Shown here: piece by piece, positions 1-14,175 of the stretch
Position numbering within the stretch: position 1 is the stretch's first letter
How the letters are laid out: every line of letters begins with the position of its first letter
NCBI RefSeq assembly: GCF_009914755.1
Contig: NC_060926.1
DNA from: the human T2T-CHM13v2.0 reference genome, Homo sapiens
Length of the DNA stretch: 64,000 bases
Strand: one strand, 5' to 3'
Position numbers and translations under genes: made by a program
Notes under the pieces: generated by a model
The model's input: the letters and a program-made list of their open reading frames with translations, nothing else
What the model was told of the DNA's origin: nothing
Database searches by the model: none

Positions 1-1320
1 ATTCTACTTATATATTCCCCCTCTGATTTTCCCTCTTAGGAAATGACACCATCATTAACCAATTTGTTCAAATCAGGCAACTCATGACTGACAGTAGTAA
101 CTCATGACTAATACTTCATGTTAATGATTCAGCAGAGTACACAAGCACCCAAGACACACAGCTAACTTTATGTTTCTGTTGTCACTGCCACCAGAATGGC
201 TCTCTGACCATGGGAGAGGTCTGTGCTAAAGCTGGTAGCAGTCTACAACCTTTTCCTTACCTTCCTTCCTCTACTGCTTTAGGTTGTCACGCTTTTTCAT
301 TAGCCTACAAGCGTGTTAAGAGCAGAGATAATGTCTTATTCACTAAATCCCTAGTCTAACATAGTCAGCCCTCAAAAAATATTTGTTGAAATAAATAAAA
401 AATATAACCAAAAATATAAGTAAACTCTTGACCAAACACGCCCAGAGATTGGTTGTATCTCTTCATCCAGACACCATCACCAACAAGGAGAGGAGGAATG
501 GTAGGAAGAGCAGACAGTGGACTTGGGCTGGTTGTAGAACAAACCTCTCCCCCTGCTCGGGCACAGCTCCGGTACTACTAATAGCGGCAATGGCAAGAGC
601 AGGAATGTGTGTTTAGGGTTTATCTTGGGTGCTAGCGTTTTGGTAAATTTTTTTCCCTAGTATCATTAAACATTTGCCACCTAACTGATAAATCACACTA
701 ACTGGTGACAGTGCAGGGGGAGCGGGGGAAAGAGGCACTGGCTAGATACTCTGGCTAGATACTCTGGTTAACATTAGTTTAACAAGAAGAAAACAGAAGC
801 AGAGACTAAAATCCAAGTTTGTGTGCTTCTAAAGCCTGTACTCTTTCCATTATGTCCTACTGGCTCTATCAAACACTACTCCTGGGATCTTCTCTTATTC
901 ATGTATTTTATATGGATTGTGATAACACAATAAAGACTTTCGTTCCAAGGAACAAATTGCCTGTATCCAGTTAGGGCTGTGGAATCTAACTCCTTCAATT
1001 CTTTTAACAGTTGCTGTATGGCATAGCAGAAACAACGCTGGATTTGGAAATAAAAAAACACATAACTGCATCCCATTCTGGCACTGCAATGCTGACAGTT
1101 ACAACTTGTGTGAGTTTAAGCTTCCTTGGCTAGAACTTAGTTAGTAATAATAACTGTCCTATGCAGCTCTGAAGTATGTTGTAAAGTCCAAATGAGGTAA
1201 TGTTTAAGAAACATTTTACAAAGGTAAATATATGAAATTAATGGTCAACATTACTACAGAAACTAATATATTACAATGTATTTAGGTTATTCATGATTAA
1301 AAAAAAAATTCATTTCCTAC

Positions 1321-1418
1321 CTGAATTATATCTCCAGAATTAAAACTCATCTCATCATGGTTCCTTGCTTCAAAGGGGTATAATGCTCTATAATTCACCA
1401 AAACACTAGCTGTCTCAC
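1321..1418 (-). CDS. ITSN2: ITSN2 coding exon 19 (SH3A N-terminal half, [32 protein letters not shown])
   Basis: ctttag|GTGAGA ... CAG|gtagga; 98 nt, phase 1-0; SH3 ALYPF motif. Confidence 0.97.
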
Positions 1419-2394
1419 CTAAAGAGAAGACAATTGTCATTATTTGCAACTTACATGTATACATCTTTGCTATGACTCAATAAAGAGCTCTAAAACCTAA
1501 AAGAAAAAATCAAGCACCAAATACTACAATGAAAATCCACTTGATACAGACTTGCTAGGATTTCAGTATCTTGACTAGTCATCTAATAAAAAAGCAAACA
1601 AGGATGCTCATCTTAAGTAAGGTAGGAGGCAGCAAAACAAAGAGATGACTTGCGGGATGAAGCACACACATGGGTAGAAAGGAAAGTGCAGGAGTGGGGG
1701 CCAGGCTGAGCTGTACAAAGTGGAAGGAGACCAAGCAAAGAGAGGCTTGGTTTGATCTGTGGAGGTCTGAATATAACAGGGAAGTAAAGGACAAAAAGGG
1801 GGGTCTCAAAAGATAAGAATAGCAAGTTAACAGGGATGGCTGAAGAAAAATCTATACATCTATCAGAATGGTTCTAAAAGGAAAACAGTGGAAGAGTACA
1901 CAAATATACTGAATTTGATAAGAATAAAATTGTTTACTTTGTTCATCTTTAGAATGTTTTAACTTATAAAATTTCAACAAACTGTATCATTAATAATGAT
2001 TCAAAGGGTTCATGTATCTAAAAGAGATACAATACTACTAAAAGTATTGTGGAAATGGACTGAGGTGTATCAAAATTTTACTGTTGTTTCATTAAAATAA
2101 ATAGCTTAGTTATAGTGGTTGAATAAAATATTTAAAACTATTTTACTTCAATTATGAAAACCATGTCTGAGTCTTTTCACAATCAGTAGTAACTATCTTC
2201 TTTTCTCCTGCTGTGCTAAGATTTCTACTGCTGTGTTAAGATTTCAGTCTGTTTTAATAAGCCTACTGCTTTTTATCCAAGTTTAATTTATAAAAAGGTT
2301 TTTTCTGACTCTACAATTAGTATCTTTCTAATTTTCTTCCCTTTTTTTGTCTCTTATCAGGTCATTTTTTTCTTGTTGCATTTGTTCTACTGTC

Positions 2395-2474
2395 TCAAAG
2401 TATCCTTATCCTTACGTTTTTTCTCCTCAGCTTTCAAAGTATCCTTATCCTTACGTTGTTTCTCCTCAGCTTTC
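2395..2474. repeat. 39-bp tandem duplication spanning an exon/intron boundary
   Basis: Two copies with 1 mismatch (2419/2458). Confidence 0.95.
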
Positions 2475-2591
2475 CGTTCCTCTTCTTGAATTTTTTCTTG
2501 TGTTTTTTCTTCCTGGAGTCGCTTTTGTTTTTCTTCTTCCTCCTTTCTAAGATTTTCTTTCCATAAGTTTTCTTTTCCTTGCTTTGCTTTC
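2416..2591 (-). CDS. ITSN2: ITSN2 coding exon 18 ([10 protein letters not shown]...KAEEKK); alternative upstream donor at 2455
   Basis: gtaaag|GAAAGC ... AAC|gtaagg; 176 nt (137 nt with the upstream donor), phase 2-1. Confidence 0.93.
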
Positions 2592-3061
2592 CTTTACATA
2601 AAAGAAAAAGAGTTTGTATAATGTCCTAGAAATTTTTTACACTAAATAAAAACATACTAAGATCTGGTTCCTGTCAAGGTGAAGAACTAGCAATGAAGTA
2701 TTAGTACAGGGGTGGGGAGAAACTGCTGAGATCAGAGGTGAAAGGAAAACAAATCAATCAATCAATCAAGAAAAGCTTTGGAAGCTTTGGATTGATTAGT
2801 GGATGCACTGGGGTGTATGACTGACAATTTCCCACACCCAAAAATTCCCTCCTGCTAACCAACCTCCAAACTCAAGAAAAAAAGAAAAAGGTTGAAATGG
2901 AACCATTCAGCAAATAAATCTAAAAATTACATCTAAGTTTCCTTCCTTTCTCTCCAGATATTTGACAAGAACTGTCTTCCAGCTGTTATTCCCACTGTCC
3001 TATCTAATCTTTGTTTCAGGGGTTTAGTCATTGTTGCTGTGGAAATAGGAAATGCTTCTAG

Positions 3062-3383
<322 letters not shown>

Positions 3384-4938
3384 CTACTTTTTATATTATT
3401 ACTTCAAAAAGTCTTTTTTGTTTGCTTAGATAATAGAGCATTTCTCCTCTCTAGGTCCACGTGCTTTGGTAAACATTTCAATGAAATCTAACACAGCTAC
3501 AGTTTGGTTTCCAGCCAGTCAAGGTGATCTGTGATCAATTATTTTAGTATTAGAACTCATGCATCTTATAGTTCTCCTTTGCATGTATTTTCACAACCTT
3601 ACTCAGAGGTAGAGCTGCCACCACTTAAATTTAGCACCTTCTCCAAGCCTCAGCACTATCAGGGCAGTGAAGATTACAGCTGGAAACATTCCTGAGATTT
3701 GTCAGCATATATACCCTTCCAAAGTGGGAACCTTGGCATAATTCCACATCTCTATTCCTTAATTCCTGAAGGAATCTCGAAATCCTGGATAATTCAAAAT
3801 ATTGTAGGCCCTTAGTCATCAATGCTTTCTCCTTATCTCTCAACTGTTTCAGACTTCATACTGCTGGTTCACTAGCCCATTTACTAGATTCCTTCCAACA
3901 ATTTCCAAACCTCCTTCATCCTCTATCATGTCATAGAATGCTTCCTCCGGCAACTTTCAAAACGGACTTCTGGTTCTCCTGTGAGGAAAATGCTTCTCTT
4001 GCAGTCCTCACTTAATTTCAACTAATATCCCCTTTCTCAGTTCCTCTGTAACTTTCCAGGACACTTTTCCAAGCCTAGTAATTAATACCCAATTAGCTTT
4101 CATTTGAATTTTTATAGCATTATAAATATCACTATCAGAGTACTTAGCACATATTTAGCACAACAAAAAAACCAGAGGGCTCATTAAATTAAAATTTTCT
4201 ATATATTTTTTAAGCTCTTCATTCTTTCCATCAACTCCTCCTGCCAGGTAATCATGGCCACATAAGTATGAGACTAGGACAACCTGGATAAGGCTCCTTG
4301 TTTAATTTAAGGAAAGGATGTCAGGCCCCTCTACTCTAGGCTTACTGAGGGGTGGTACTTGGCTGAGCTCAACCTGCAGGAAATCATGCCAGAATTCTGG
4401 TAAACTTTATGTAAGAATTAGTAGTTGAGAAACCGGTCCAGTGCCACAGGATGCCTCAGAAGCTGGGCAAAGGGCAAAGAGGCCACAACTAAAATGTGAA
4501 AACCTATTACCAATACCTTGGGGAAAAGAAGGGAATATACCTGGGCAAATGGCCAATCAAACCAAGATGTGGTACTAAGACCCAGCTTCAGACTGAGTAG
4601 GTCCTATATGCACTTCCGCTCTCTTTGATTTCTCTTCTCTACTACCTAATGTGCAAGGATGATGAATGAAATTAAACGCATATAACTAGTATAATCTTTT
4701 GGCCTGAAAGGAATTGTGAACACGATGAAGAAAGATTAAGGTAACTGCATATGTCAATAGAAAGTTCTGACATAAGGATTAGCTGTGGAACCACTGCACA
4801 GCTCCCTTATGTAATTAAGTGGTACAAGTTAAGCAGTAAATAAGAGCTGTAAGAGCTACTTCGTTTGAACTTTACTTTCTCTACTTCTATATTATTCTAT
4901 TATCTCGTTAGGAGGCCACAAAAACAGGGGTCTAGATC

Positions 4939-5232
4939 ACCAGGCGCAGTGGCTCATGCCTATAATCCCAGCACTTTAGAAGGCCAAGGTGGGCAGATCG
5001 CTTGAGCCCAGGAGTTTGAGACCGGCCTGAGCAACACAGAGAGGCCTCATCCCTATTAAAATTCAAAAAAAATTAGCAGGGAGTGGTGGTACATGCCTAT
5101 ATTCCCAGTTACTCAGTGGGAGCTTAGGCAGGAGGATTGCTTGAGCCCGGGAGGTCGAGGCTGCAGTGATCCCTGATCATACCACTGCAATCCAGCCTCG
5201 GTGGCAGAGCAAGGACCCTGTCTCAAAATAAA
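4939..5232 (+). mobile_element. AluJ
   Basis: Full dimer; flanking ggggtctag repeat. Confidence 0.9.
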
Positions 5233-5865
5233 GAAATGGGGGTCTAGGAGTAAACAATATTATAGTTATTCGTTTAACTGTCTGAATCTCCTATTAGAAT
5301 TATGAGGAGTAATCCAAAGTCTACCAGCATCACAGCCAACAATAGCCACTCAAAAAAATGTGTTGGAGGTGGCTACTTTGAAACCATTAAGAATAGAGGC
5401 CTGCCAAATGGTAATGTGTCTTCCTTGCCTCCCTAGTAACTATTAGCTTTTTCATAGAAATTACTCATCTACTCTTTACCAAGGCAAAAAAATACTGGTT
5501 CATCCATATTTGTTAACTAATTATACTACTTTCTGATACTAGAAAACTTGGAAGAAAGAGAAGAATGTATTAGAAAAAGAATCTCAATGGCAGAAAAATA
5601 CCATGCAAAGTTTCTAAATGAATAATTCTAGGCTTCAGATACCACAAATGTCTTACTTCTCCTTACTATAAATGGAGGCAATTAATATATCTCAAGTGAT
5701 AAAAAGAGAAATGCATCAATGTGGCATTCTACATTCAGTATTACTATATACAATTAAGTATTCTGCTTTTATGATCTTTCAGGAAACTAATAGATTTACC
5801 AAGGAAAGATGGAATGAATGAGTGTTTACTATGTGCAACAAATTATACTTGGCTCTTTAGCTATA

Positions 5866-6001
5866 TTATTTTATTTTTTAACTTAAGAGACAAGGTCTTG
5901 CTATGTTGCCCAGGCTGGCCTTGAACTCCTGGGCTCAACTCATCATCCTGCCTCAGCCTCCCAAATAGCTTGGGACTACAGGCGTGTGTCACCACGCCCA
6001 G
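5866..6001 (-). mobile_element. Alu monomer (FLAM-like)
   Basis: Single arm. Confidence 0.8.
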
Positions 6002-6362
6002 TTCCAGCTGTATTATTTTATTTAATACATTTACCTATGAGATATGCATTATTGTCTCTATTTTCAGATGGAGTAACTGAGGTTCAGAAAGATAAAAATA
6101 ACTTAACCAAGGTCACCCAGGTAGTAAGTGGAAGAGCAAGAATTCTAATACAGGTTTGACTCCAAAGTCTGTTATTTTTCACTAGTAGAAAATAAAATCA
6201 GTTACTGCAAACTTGATCCCTAAAAGGACTGAACTTATGAGATCCAGAATCTGATTAGGATAATCCCTTTATTTTCCTTAAATTTTCATAAACTAAAGAT
6301 ATGAGCAACAAAATTACAATTCTAATGGCAATATAGCACAATAAATATATCAGCTATATTAC

Positions 6363-6499
6363 CTTGCAGCCTCATCTTCTAGTTTCTTTTTCTGCATTAG
6401 TTCTAATCTTTTCCTTTCAATTTCCTTCAACTTGTCACGTTTGATCTTATAAAGCTGTTCAAGGGCTAACTGCTGTGTGTTGTAGGTTTCTCTCAGTTC
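6363..6499 (-). CDS. ITSN2: ITSN2 coding exon 17 ([20 protein letters not shown]...DEAA)
   Basis: ccttag|GAACTG ... GCAAG|gtaata; 137 nt, phase 0-2. Confidence 0.97.
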
Positions 6500-7199
6500 C
6501 TAAGGAGAAAAAGAAAATAAGTCAATACGTGAATGATTTAAATATGCTTGTCATATGTATTAATGTGGCATTTGCATTAAAAGATAAAAATCCTATAGCA
6601 AGTTGAACTAAATTTAAAAGATTTAAAGTTTTAAAAAATATCTAGATGATAAAAAAAACCTTAAGTATTTAAACCATATAGCTCCTGAGATAAACACATT
6701 AAAATAATCTACTTTTCCATCAGTTCATTTCTACGGAACACAGAATCTTTAACAAGCCGATGCTTTGATTTGGTACATCATTTTCAATTAAAAAAAGCAA
6801 TCCATTAAAAATATGGGGGAATAATTTGCTTGTTATAACATCTGAAGAGAAATTTTGTTCAGTCATGTTTTTGACATATGTAATTTAACCAAGTTATTTT
6901 TATCCAATATCATCTTGAACTAAACACAGAATTATTAAATAATTTAGTTCAAAACTAAAAATGGAAAAGATGTCTGCCTAAAATCATGACCACCATGAGC
7001 CAAAATAATGAAAAGCATTCCAAACAGGAGTTGAAATAAACAACTGCTTATTGAACATCTAGTTGTATGCTAAGTGCTATAAAGCGTTCCAAGAGGATCC
7101 AATACAAGGCTGACTCCCACGTCTACAGACTTTGTCTTTAAAGAGTTCACAATCTCAATGTAGAGGCAAGTGTCAACATGCAGGGCAGAGGTAAATTCC

Positions 7200-7813
7200 T
7201 TAGCAGGAACTTGTGATTATCTGTTCAGCATTTTCTCTTCCTCTTCTTCAACAGCACCCTGCCTTCCTCTAGGAAACTGATCTTTCCACCTTCCTCCCAA
7301 CATCTTACGTGGTTTTAAAAGGTCTGCCAAACTCAGAGCTCCTCCCATTCCCATCAGGCACAATTGTTTACTCCTGACCTAAACAATCACAGCACCTTAC
7401 TTCCCTGCTCAGAAACGACTGGTCCAAAGGACATAAGCATAATCCAAGCTGGCCCAGAATATTTTCCTGGGATTCACATATGTTGAAGTGGGGAGAAAGA
7501 AACCTTTCTGCAGCTCATTAAACTGGGATAAAGTAAACCTGGAGCTGCCTCACAACCAAATAAGACCTGGGGATAGGAATAAAATCAACTCAGAAAAAAG
7601 AGAAGTACAGATTAGAGACTGAGCTGGAGAGAAAGGGTACTATAGAAGCTGAATGTTCAATATCATGGCTCGGAGACCTAGGAACTGCCCCTGTCCAGCA
7701 GCCCTTCCATGGATTCAGTTAGTGGTCCTAGGATGCTTCTAATAATCACTCATTAGCTTAACTATTTTGAACTAGATTTCTTTCATTTGGAATCTACAGA
7801 ATCCTGAACGAGA
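7200..7813 (+). mobile_element. Old ERVL LTR (LTR16/LTR33-like)
   Basis: 3' end gcttaactattttgaactagatttc...agaatcctga resembles the LTR16/33 terminus; highly diverged. Confidence 0.45.
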
Positions 7814-8379
7814 GAGTAGAAAAAGGAGGCTGGAGGAAAGAAGTGGGGGCGGGGGGACTTAAGAGTAATCAAAAGAAACTTCATGGCAAAGGTGAGAGCT
7901 GGACAATATTTGGGTAGAATGTTTTGGTAAAAAATGTTTTTTGGTATCAACCTATACACAATAACACAACTCCAAACTCCATTTCTTTTCAGAGATAACT
8001 ATTTTATAAGTGAACCTTTTACTTGATTGAAATAGTAGATTTGATCTAAGTACAGCATGCTGTCCAGAGACTATGTCCAACATGTCTGAGCAAAACATTT
8101 ACAACTTAAGCCAATAGTAATGCATACTGCTTTTATAGCAGAATTTCCACAGCTCTCAGCTTCTAGGGTTTTATTTGTTGTACCTTTCTCTAAATTCTAT
8201 TGAAAAGCAGAAGAATATAGTGGTTACAATATATAGAGAAGCAAGGTGGTTTAGTGATGAGGAGCATGGGTCTGGAATAAGACTAACAAGGCTTGACTCA
8301 GGCTCTGTATACTAGCTGTATAACCTTAGGAAAGTTATTTTATAGTTTCCTCATCAGTAAAATGAGGTTAATTATGGTA

Positions 8380-8615
8380 CAAGGGTGTCCAATCTTTTAG
8401 CTTCCCTGGGCCACATGGAAAGAGGGAAAATTGTCTTGTGCCACATGTAAAATACACTAACAATAGCTGATGAGCTAAAAATAAATACATAAATAAATAA
8501 AATTGCAAAAACAAATCTCATAATGTTTTAAGAAAGTTTACAAATTTGTGTAGGGCTGCATTCAAAGCTGTCCTGGGCCGCATGTGGCCTGTGGACCACG
8601 GGTTGGGGAAGCCTG
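8380..8615 (+). mobile_element. MER30 (hAT-Charlie) nested in a MIR
   Basis: caagggtgtccaatc...aagcctg termini; 8-bp TSD ttatggta/ttatgata. Confidence 0.85.
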
Positions 8616-9242
8616 TTATGATACGTGCCTCACAGAGTTGTTGTGAGGATAAAATGAGTTAATACATATAAAGTGCTTATTATAGTGCAGAGCACCTAGG
8701 TTCTCAGTAAATCTTAGTTATTATTATTGGATGAAGTCAAAAATGAGGAGAGTACTCAGTCTAAAAGGAGAGTAAAAAGGAGCCAAATTAATGTCTGATC
8801 TCAACAAGGCTGCAGGCTTAGCCCTCCAACTTGTCCTTTAAAATAGAGCTCTAAGTATTCCTTTACTAACCCTATTCCCTGCAGTGTCAGAGTTAATGAG
8901 CTTCCTTGTGCCATTCTGTATATTCCTCTATCATAGTGTCTTCTCTTCCAACTATATGATTGCCTCCTCCACTGAAGTGAGTTTCTTGACAAGACTGTCT
9001 TTCATCAAGGTGTCTCCAGCCAACAGAGAGTCTAGTACAACATGGATATTTAATAAATATTTATTGGACAAATGAAAAATGCATAAACAATAGTCTATGC
9101 AAATTAGTAAGATTTAAAGAGCACCACAAAGCTTGCCAAGTATTTCCTCTATTTGACTATGGTGATGTAAAAATTCCTATCCTTAGACCTATTCCTCTGG
9201 GTTAAGTCACTACTTCCAGGAGGTCCTTGCTACACATAATAG

Positions 9243-9601
<359 letters not shown>

Positions 9602-10329
9602 AAGTTGTTCTCAATCTTAACAGAATGATAGATTATCTCTTTTACGTTAAGGAACTTCTATTACTAGTTTGCTAATAAGTTTTACTTTTAAAATCATAAA
9701 TGGATATTAAATTTTATCAAAAACCTTTCCTGTATCTAATGAGATGAGCATAATCTTTTTCTCCTTTAGTCTGTTTATATAGTAAATTACATTAAACTTT
9801 TCTGTATGTTAAATCATCTTTGTATGGCTGAGGTAAATCCAACTTGGTCATGGCAGGTTATGCCACCTGCAGGGGTATTACTAACGTAGATTACTCCAGA
9901 TCCTTGGAAGCATAGGGTTAAGACCTAACTCCTTGAAGGAAACCACAATTCTACCATTAACAGATTCTACTTTCCCTCTATGGACAAGCATTTCCCCAAT
10001 CATTATCTCAAGTCAACACTGGTTGACTTTCCAAAATACTAAAGATATTTTGGAGATTCTGACAACCCCTTTCTTAAGAAGAGTGAGGGAAAGTAATTTT
10101 GTTTTTTCACAAATAACAAAAATATTTGTATATTCGTATATAAGAGTTTACAAAGCATTTCCATCTATATGCGATCTCATTTAATCACAAGACTTTGCAA
10201 AGAAGACAGGCAGATAATGTCAGCATGTTTTGTAAAGGAAGAAAGCAAATTTGGAGGGTAAATGACAGATCGTTACACAACTGGCAAGTGGCATGGATAA
10301 GACTAGAGTTCACTTTTTTAGATTCCTAG

Positions 10330-10681
<352 letters not shown>

Positions 10682-11674
10682 AGATGTGTGAATTTTCTTA
10701 ATGGTATAATGGCCTGTCAAATGTCTCACTTTTGAATCCACTGGCTTTGTCTTAGTATAACTTGACCAAAAGAGTAAAAATTATTAATTCTGTACATGCA
10801 TATTGCAGGTTCCAGTAAAACATAACATTCTAAATTAAATAATTGAAATATTTTACTTCTGTTGTCACTACAAGTAGCCTAAAGGAGTGGTGGTTAACCC
10901 CGGTGCTCTACTATCACAAAGGACCACAGCATCAGAACTAAGTGCCTGTCCTGCTCCAACACTACCAGGACCAGTTCCATCTCACCTACTGATAAGACAC
11001 AGCCTTTCTTCTCATTCCTTATCACCTGAATTCTTATCTCTACAGTGCTGTTTATCCCTTAATCTGACCCAATCCCCTACTCATTCTCTCCTCAAACCTC
11101 TCCACTCTCCTGGAACTTCCTCTATGTGATCAGGAAACTATCATACAGCTACCAATCTTCTCTGAACGAAAATTCTCTTCCCTCGTCACTTTCTTGGCTG
11201 ATCCCTCCGGATACTACTTTTCTGCTAGTCCTCTCTCAGTTTATTATCATATACTCCATTTACATCAGGGTCAGAGGATAACTACAGTATTTTCCTTGCT
11301 CTTCACTGCCACTTTCAGATGGTTATTTCCCCCTCACTCTTAGCAACTCCATGCTTTTCTGGGGCTCCTACCATCCAGCAATACCATTCTCTCCTTCCTT
11401 TTTATTGTTATCTATTAGTCACCTGGTCATTCACTCACCTCACTATTCTCTAAGTCTTTGACATCCACATAAATGATGCAATCCAAACCTCAAGTCTCAG
11501 GCTGATCTCTTCATCAATGACCTTTTTAACTCTACTTAATCCATCACTCCCATTATTACACCCTGAGTCTTACTAATCAGAAACAGAACTACCATTGACC
11601 AAATATCCCATTCTTCAAACGTAAGTTCTTACCCTTCGAACTTTTCTTATACCTGGTACATCTATATCAATAGG

Positions 11675-11979
11675 GTTTGTTTGTTTGTTTTTTCTGAGAC
11701 AGAGTTTTGCTCTTGTTGCCCTGGTTGGAGTGCAGTGGTGTAACCTTGCCTCACTGCAACCTCCACCTCCCAGATTCAAGCAATTCTCCTGCCTCAGCCT
11801 CCCGAGTAGCTGGGATTAAAGGCGCGTGCCACCACACCCAGCTAATTTTTTGTATTTTTAGTAGAGACGGGGTTTCATCATGTTGGCCAGGCTGGTCTCA
11901 AACTACTGACCTCAGGTGATCAACCCGCCTCAGCCTCCCAAAGTGCAGGGATTATAGGCGTGAGACACCACGCCCAGCC
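11675..11979 (-). mobile_element. AluS
   Basis: TSD atcaatagg. Confidence 0.9.
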
Positions 11980-12627
11980 ATCAATAGGTTTTCAACCTCA
12001 CTGAGACCATTCTGTTGACTCCCATCATTCTCTTTCTTTATTAACACCCCTTCCTCTCTTCACATCCTTCATGTCTAGTTCATGTTTCAGAGCTCATCTT
12101 GATCATAGTGCTTTTGTCAAGATCTGTAACTCTTCTGTCCCTCTCTCTTTGTGCATGTCTATTAAAACCTCAAACCTGTATGAACCATGAACCTATTTCA
12201 TCAGCTTTCTCTGTGCTTATACCTAAACAGCTGAACATTGGTGAGGCAAAATCACACAATTAGGCATACTGTTTTCAATTTAAATACATCACCTCCAACT
12301 TCAAAAAGACATTCAACATTGCTCAGCACACTTAGGTTTTCCTCTACTAAGCTTGCATATCTGCACTGAGATGTCTATTTCATGCCTATTTCTCTCCTGA
12401 AACTTCCTAATCTTCCATCCATTCTCCTCACTACCAGCTATAAACCTTGCCTCATTAGGCCATCAGACTGCAGCCCTCTCAACTTTCCATCTCAAAAAAC
12501 CAATAGCACTTTCTGCATCTCCACCCCTCTTCTTCTGGCCTAGGCTGAGTTATATCATGTCCTCCTCTACCCAGGAAGATTCTTTCTGATGGTCCAACTT
12601 ACCTCTGATTTTAAGTCTTGAAGCTGT

Positions 12628-13428
12628 CGATATGGGAGTGGGCCAGGGAAGTACTGGGTAGAGAAAGGCGGGTCCCTGGCTAGGGCTTCAGCCTCGGGCC
12701 TATGCCCATGAACCTAGGTGAGGACAGGCACTCCTGCCTTTGCACCCAAATGTTGCATCTTCCAAGACCACCCTGGCCTGCCACGCCACCATCCTGTGCC
12801 TACAAAAACCCGAGATCCTAAAAAGGCAGAGGCATAAGTGGCTGGACGTCATGAGGACCACATCGGCAGAAGACGACACAAGCAGCTGGTCATCAAGAGC
12901 ACGCCGGTGGAAGAGCATGTCAACAGGCACCAGCAGGCCAGCAGGCCACTGACCAGAGGAACAATGCGGAGTTTGGCCAGAGCAGTGAGAAATCAGGTTG
13001 CGGCCCGACTCCAGGGTAAAACCGTCTCCCTTCTGGCTCCCCCATCTGCTGAGAGCTACTTCTACTCAATAAAACCTTGCATTCATTCTCCAAGCCCACG
13101 TGTGATCCAATTCTTCCAGTACACCAAGGCAAGAAACCCTGGGATACAGAAATCCCTCTGTTCTGTCCTTGTGATAAGGAAGGGGGTCTAACTGAGCTGG
13201 GTAACACGAACCGCCTATAGACGGCAAACTAAAAGAGCACTCTGTAACACACCCCCACTGGGGCTTCAGCTGTAAACATTCACCCCTAGACACTGCCGTG
13301 GGGTCAGAGCCCCACAGCCTGCCCATCTGTATGCTCCCCTAGAGGTTTGAGCAGGGGAGCACTGAAGAAGTGAGCCACATCCCCATCACCTGCCCTTCAA
13401 GGGGGACAAGGGAACCTTTCCCGTTTTA
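12628..13428 (+). mobile_element. Solo LTR, LTR1 family (ERV1)
   Basis: (t>c)gata... start, ...cccgtttta end, 4-bp TSD ctgt, AATAAA 13068-13073; resembles the LTR1 consensus. Confidence 0.8.
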
Positions 13429-13853
13429 CTGTCAACTTCCTACTCTCTACCAACAAATTTAACTGCATTCATAACCATCTTCTCCCCGTATGTTACACTG
13501 AAAGTATTCTTTTTATCTAATCCTTTAATCTGTGCTCTCCATTCCATCTTAATCTGCTTCTTCAGGGACTTTGCTCCATCAATTACCACAATCTCAATCT
13601 TTCTCTCTTTCCCCCTGCCTCCTCCTTTCTTTTCTCTTTACTATTTCCTTCAAGTCTTTCTTAAACCAAAAAAAAAAAAAAAAAAGATTTTCCTTTGACC
13701 CCCATGCTTTTTTCTTTTCATTCTAAGAGTTGTTGCTACTCACTTAACCCTTCCTCAACTCTTACTCATTCCTGATCCACTGCAATCCAGCTTCTGCTTA
13801 TCACTCAAGTGAAATGGCACTTTTAGCAAGGTCTTCAAAAGTTTTCTTTTTGA

Positions 13854-14175
<322 letters not shown>

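Noticed and set aside
738-767. 13-bp tandem repeat ctggctagatact
   Set aside because: Simple slippage duplication in an intron with no functional context
4241-4368. Three short stems resembling an H/ACA or scaRNA fold
   Set aside because: No convincing ANANNA or terminal ACA box on either strand and weak stems; an Infernal/Rfam scan would be needed
4659-4707. ATGATGA...CTGA, a C/D-box-like pair
   Set aside because: Antisense to the host gene, too short, and no terminal stem
12700-13326. Five overlapping ORFs on both strands
   Set aside because: They lie within a GC-rich solo LTR; low stop-codon density explains them
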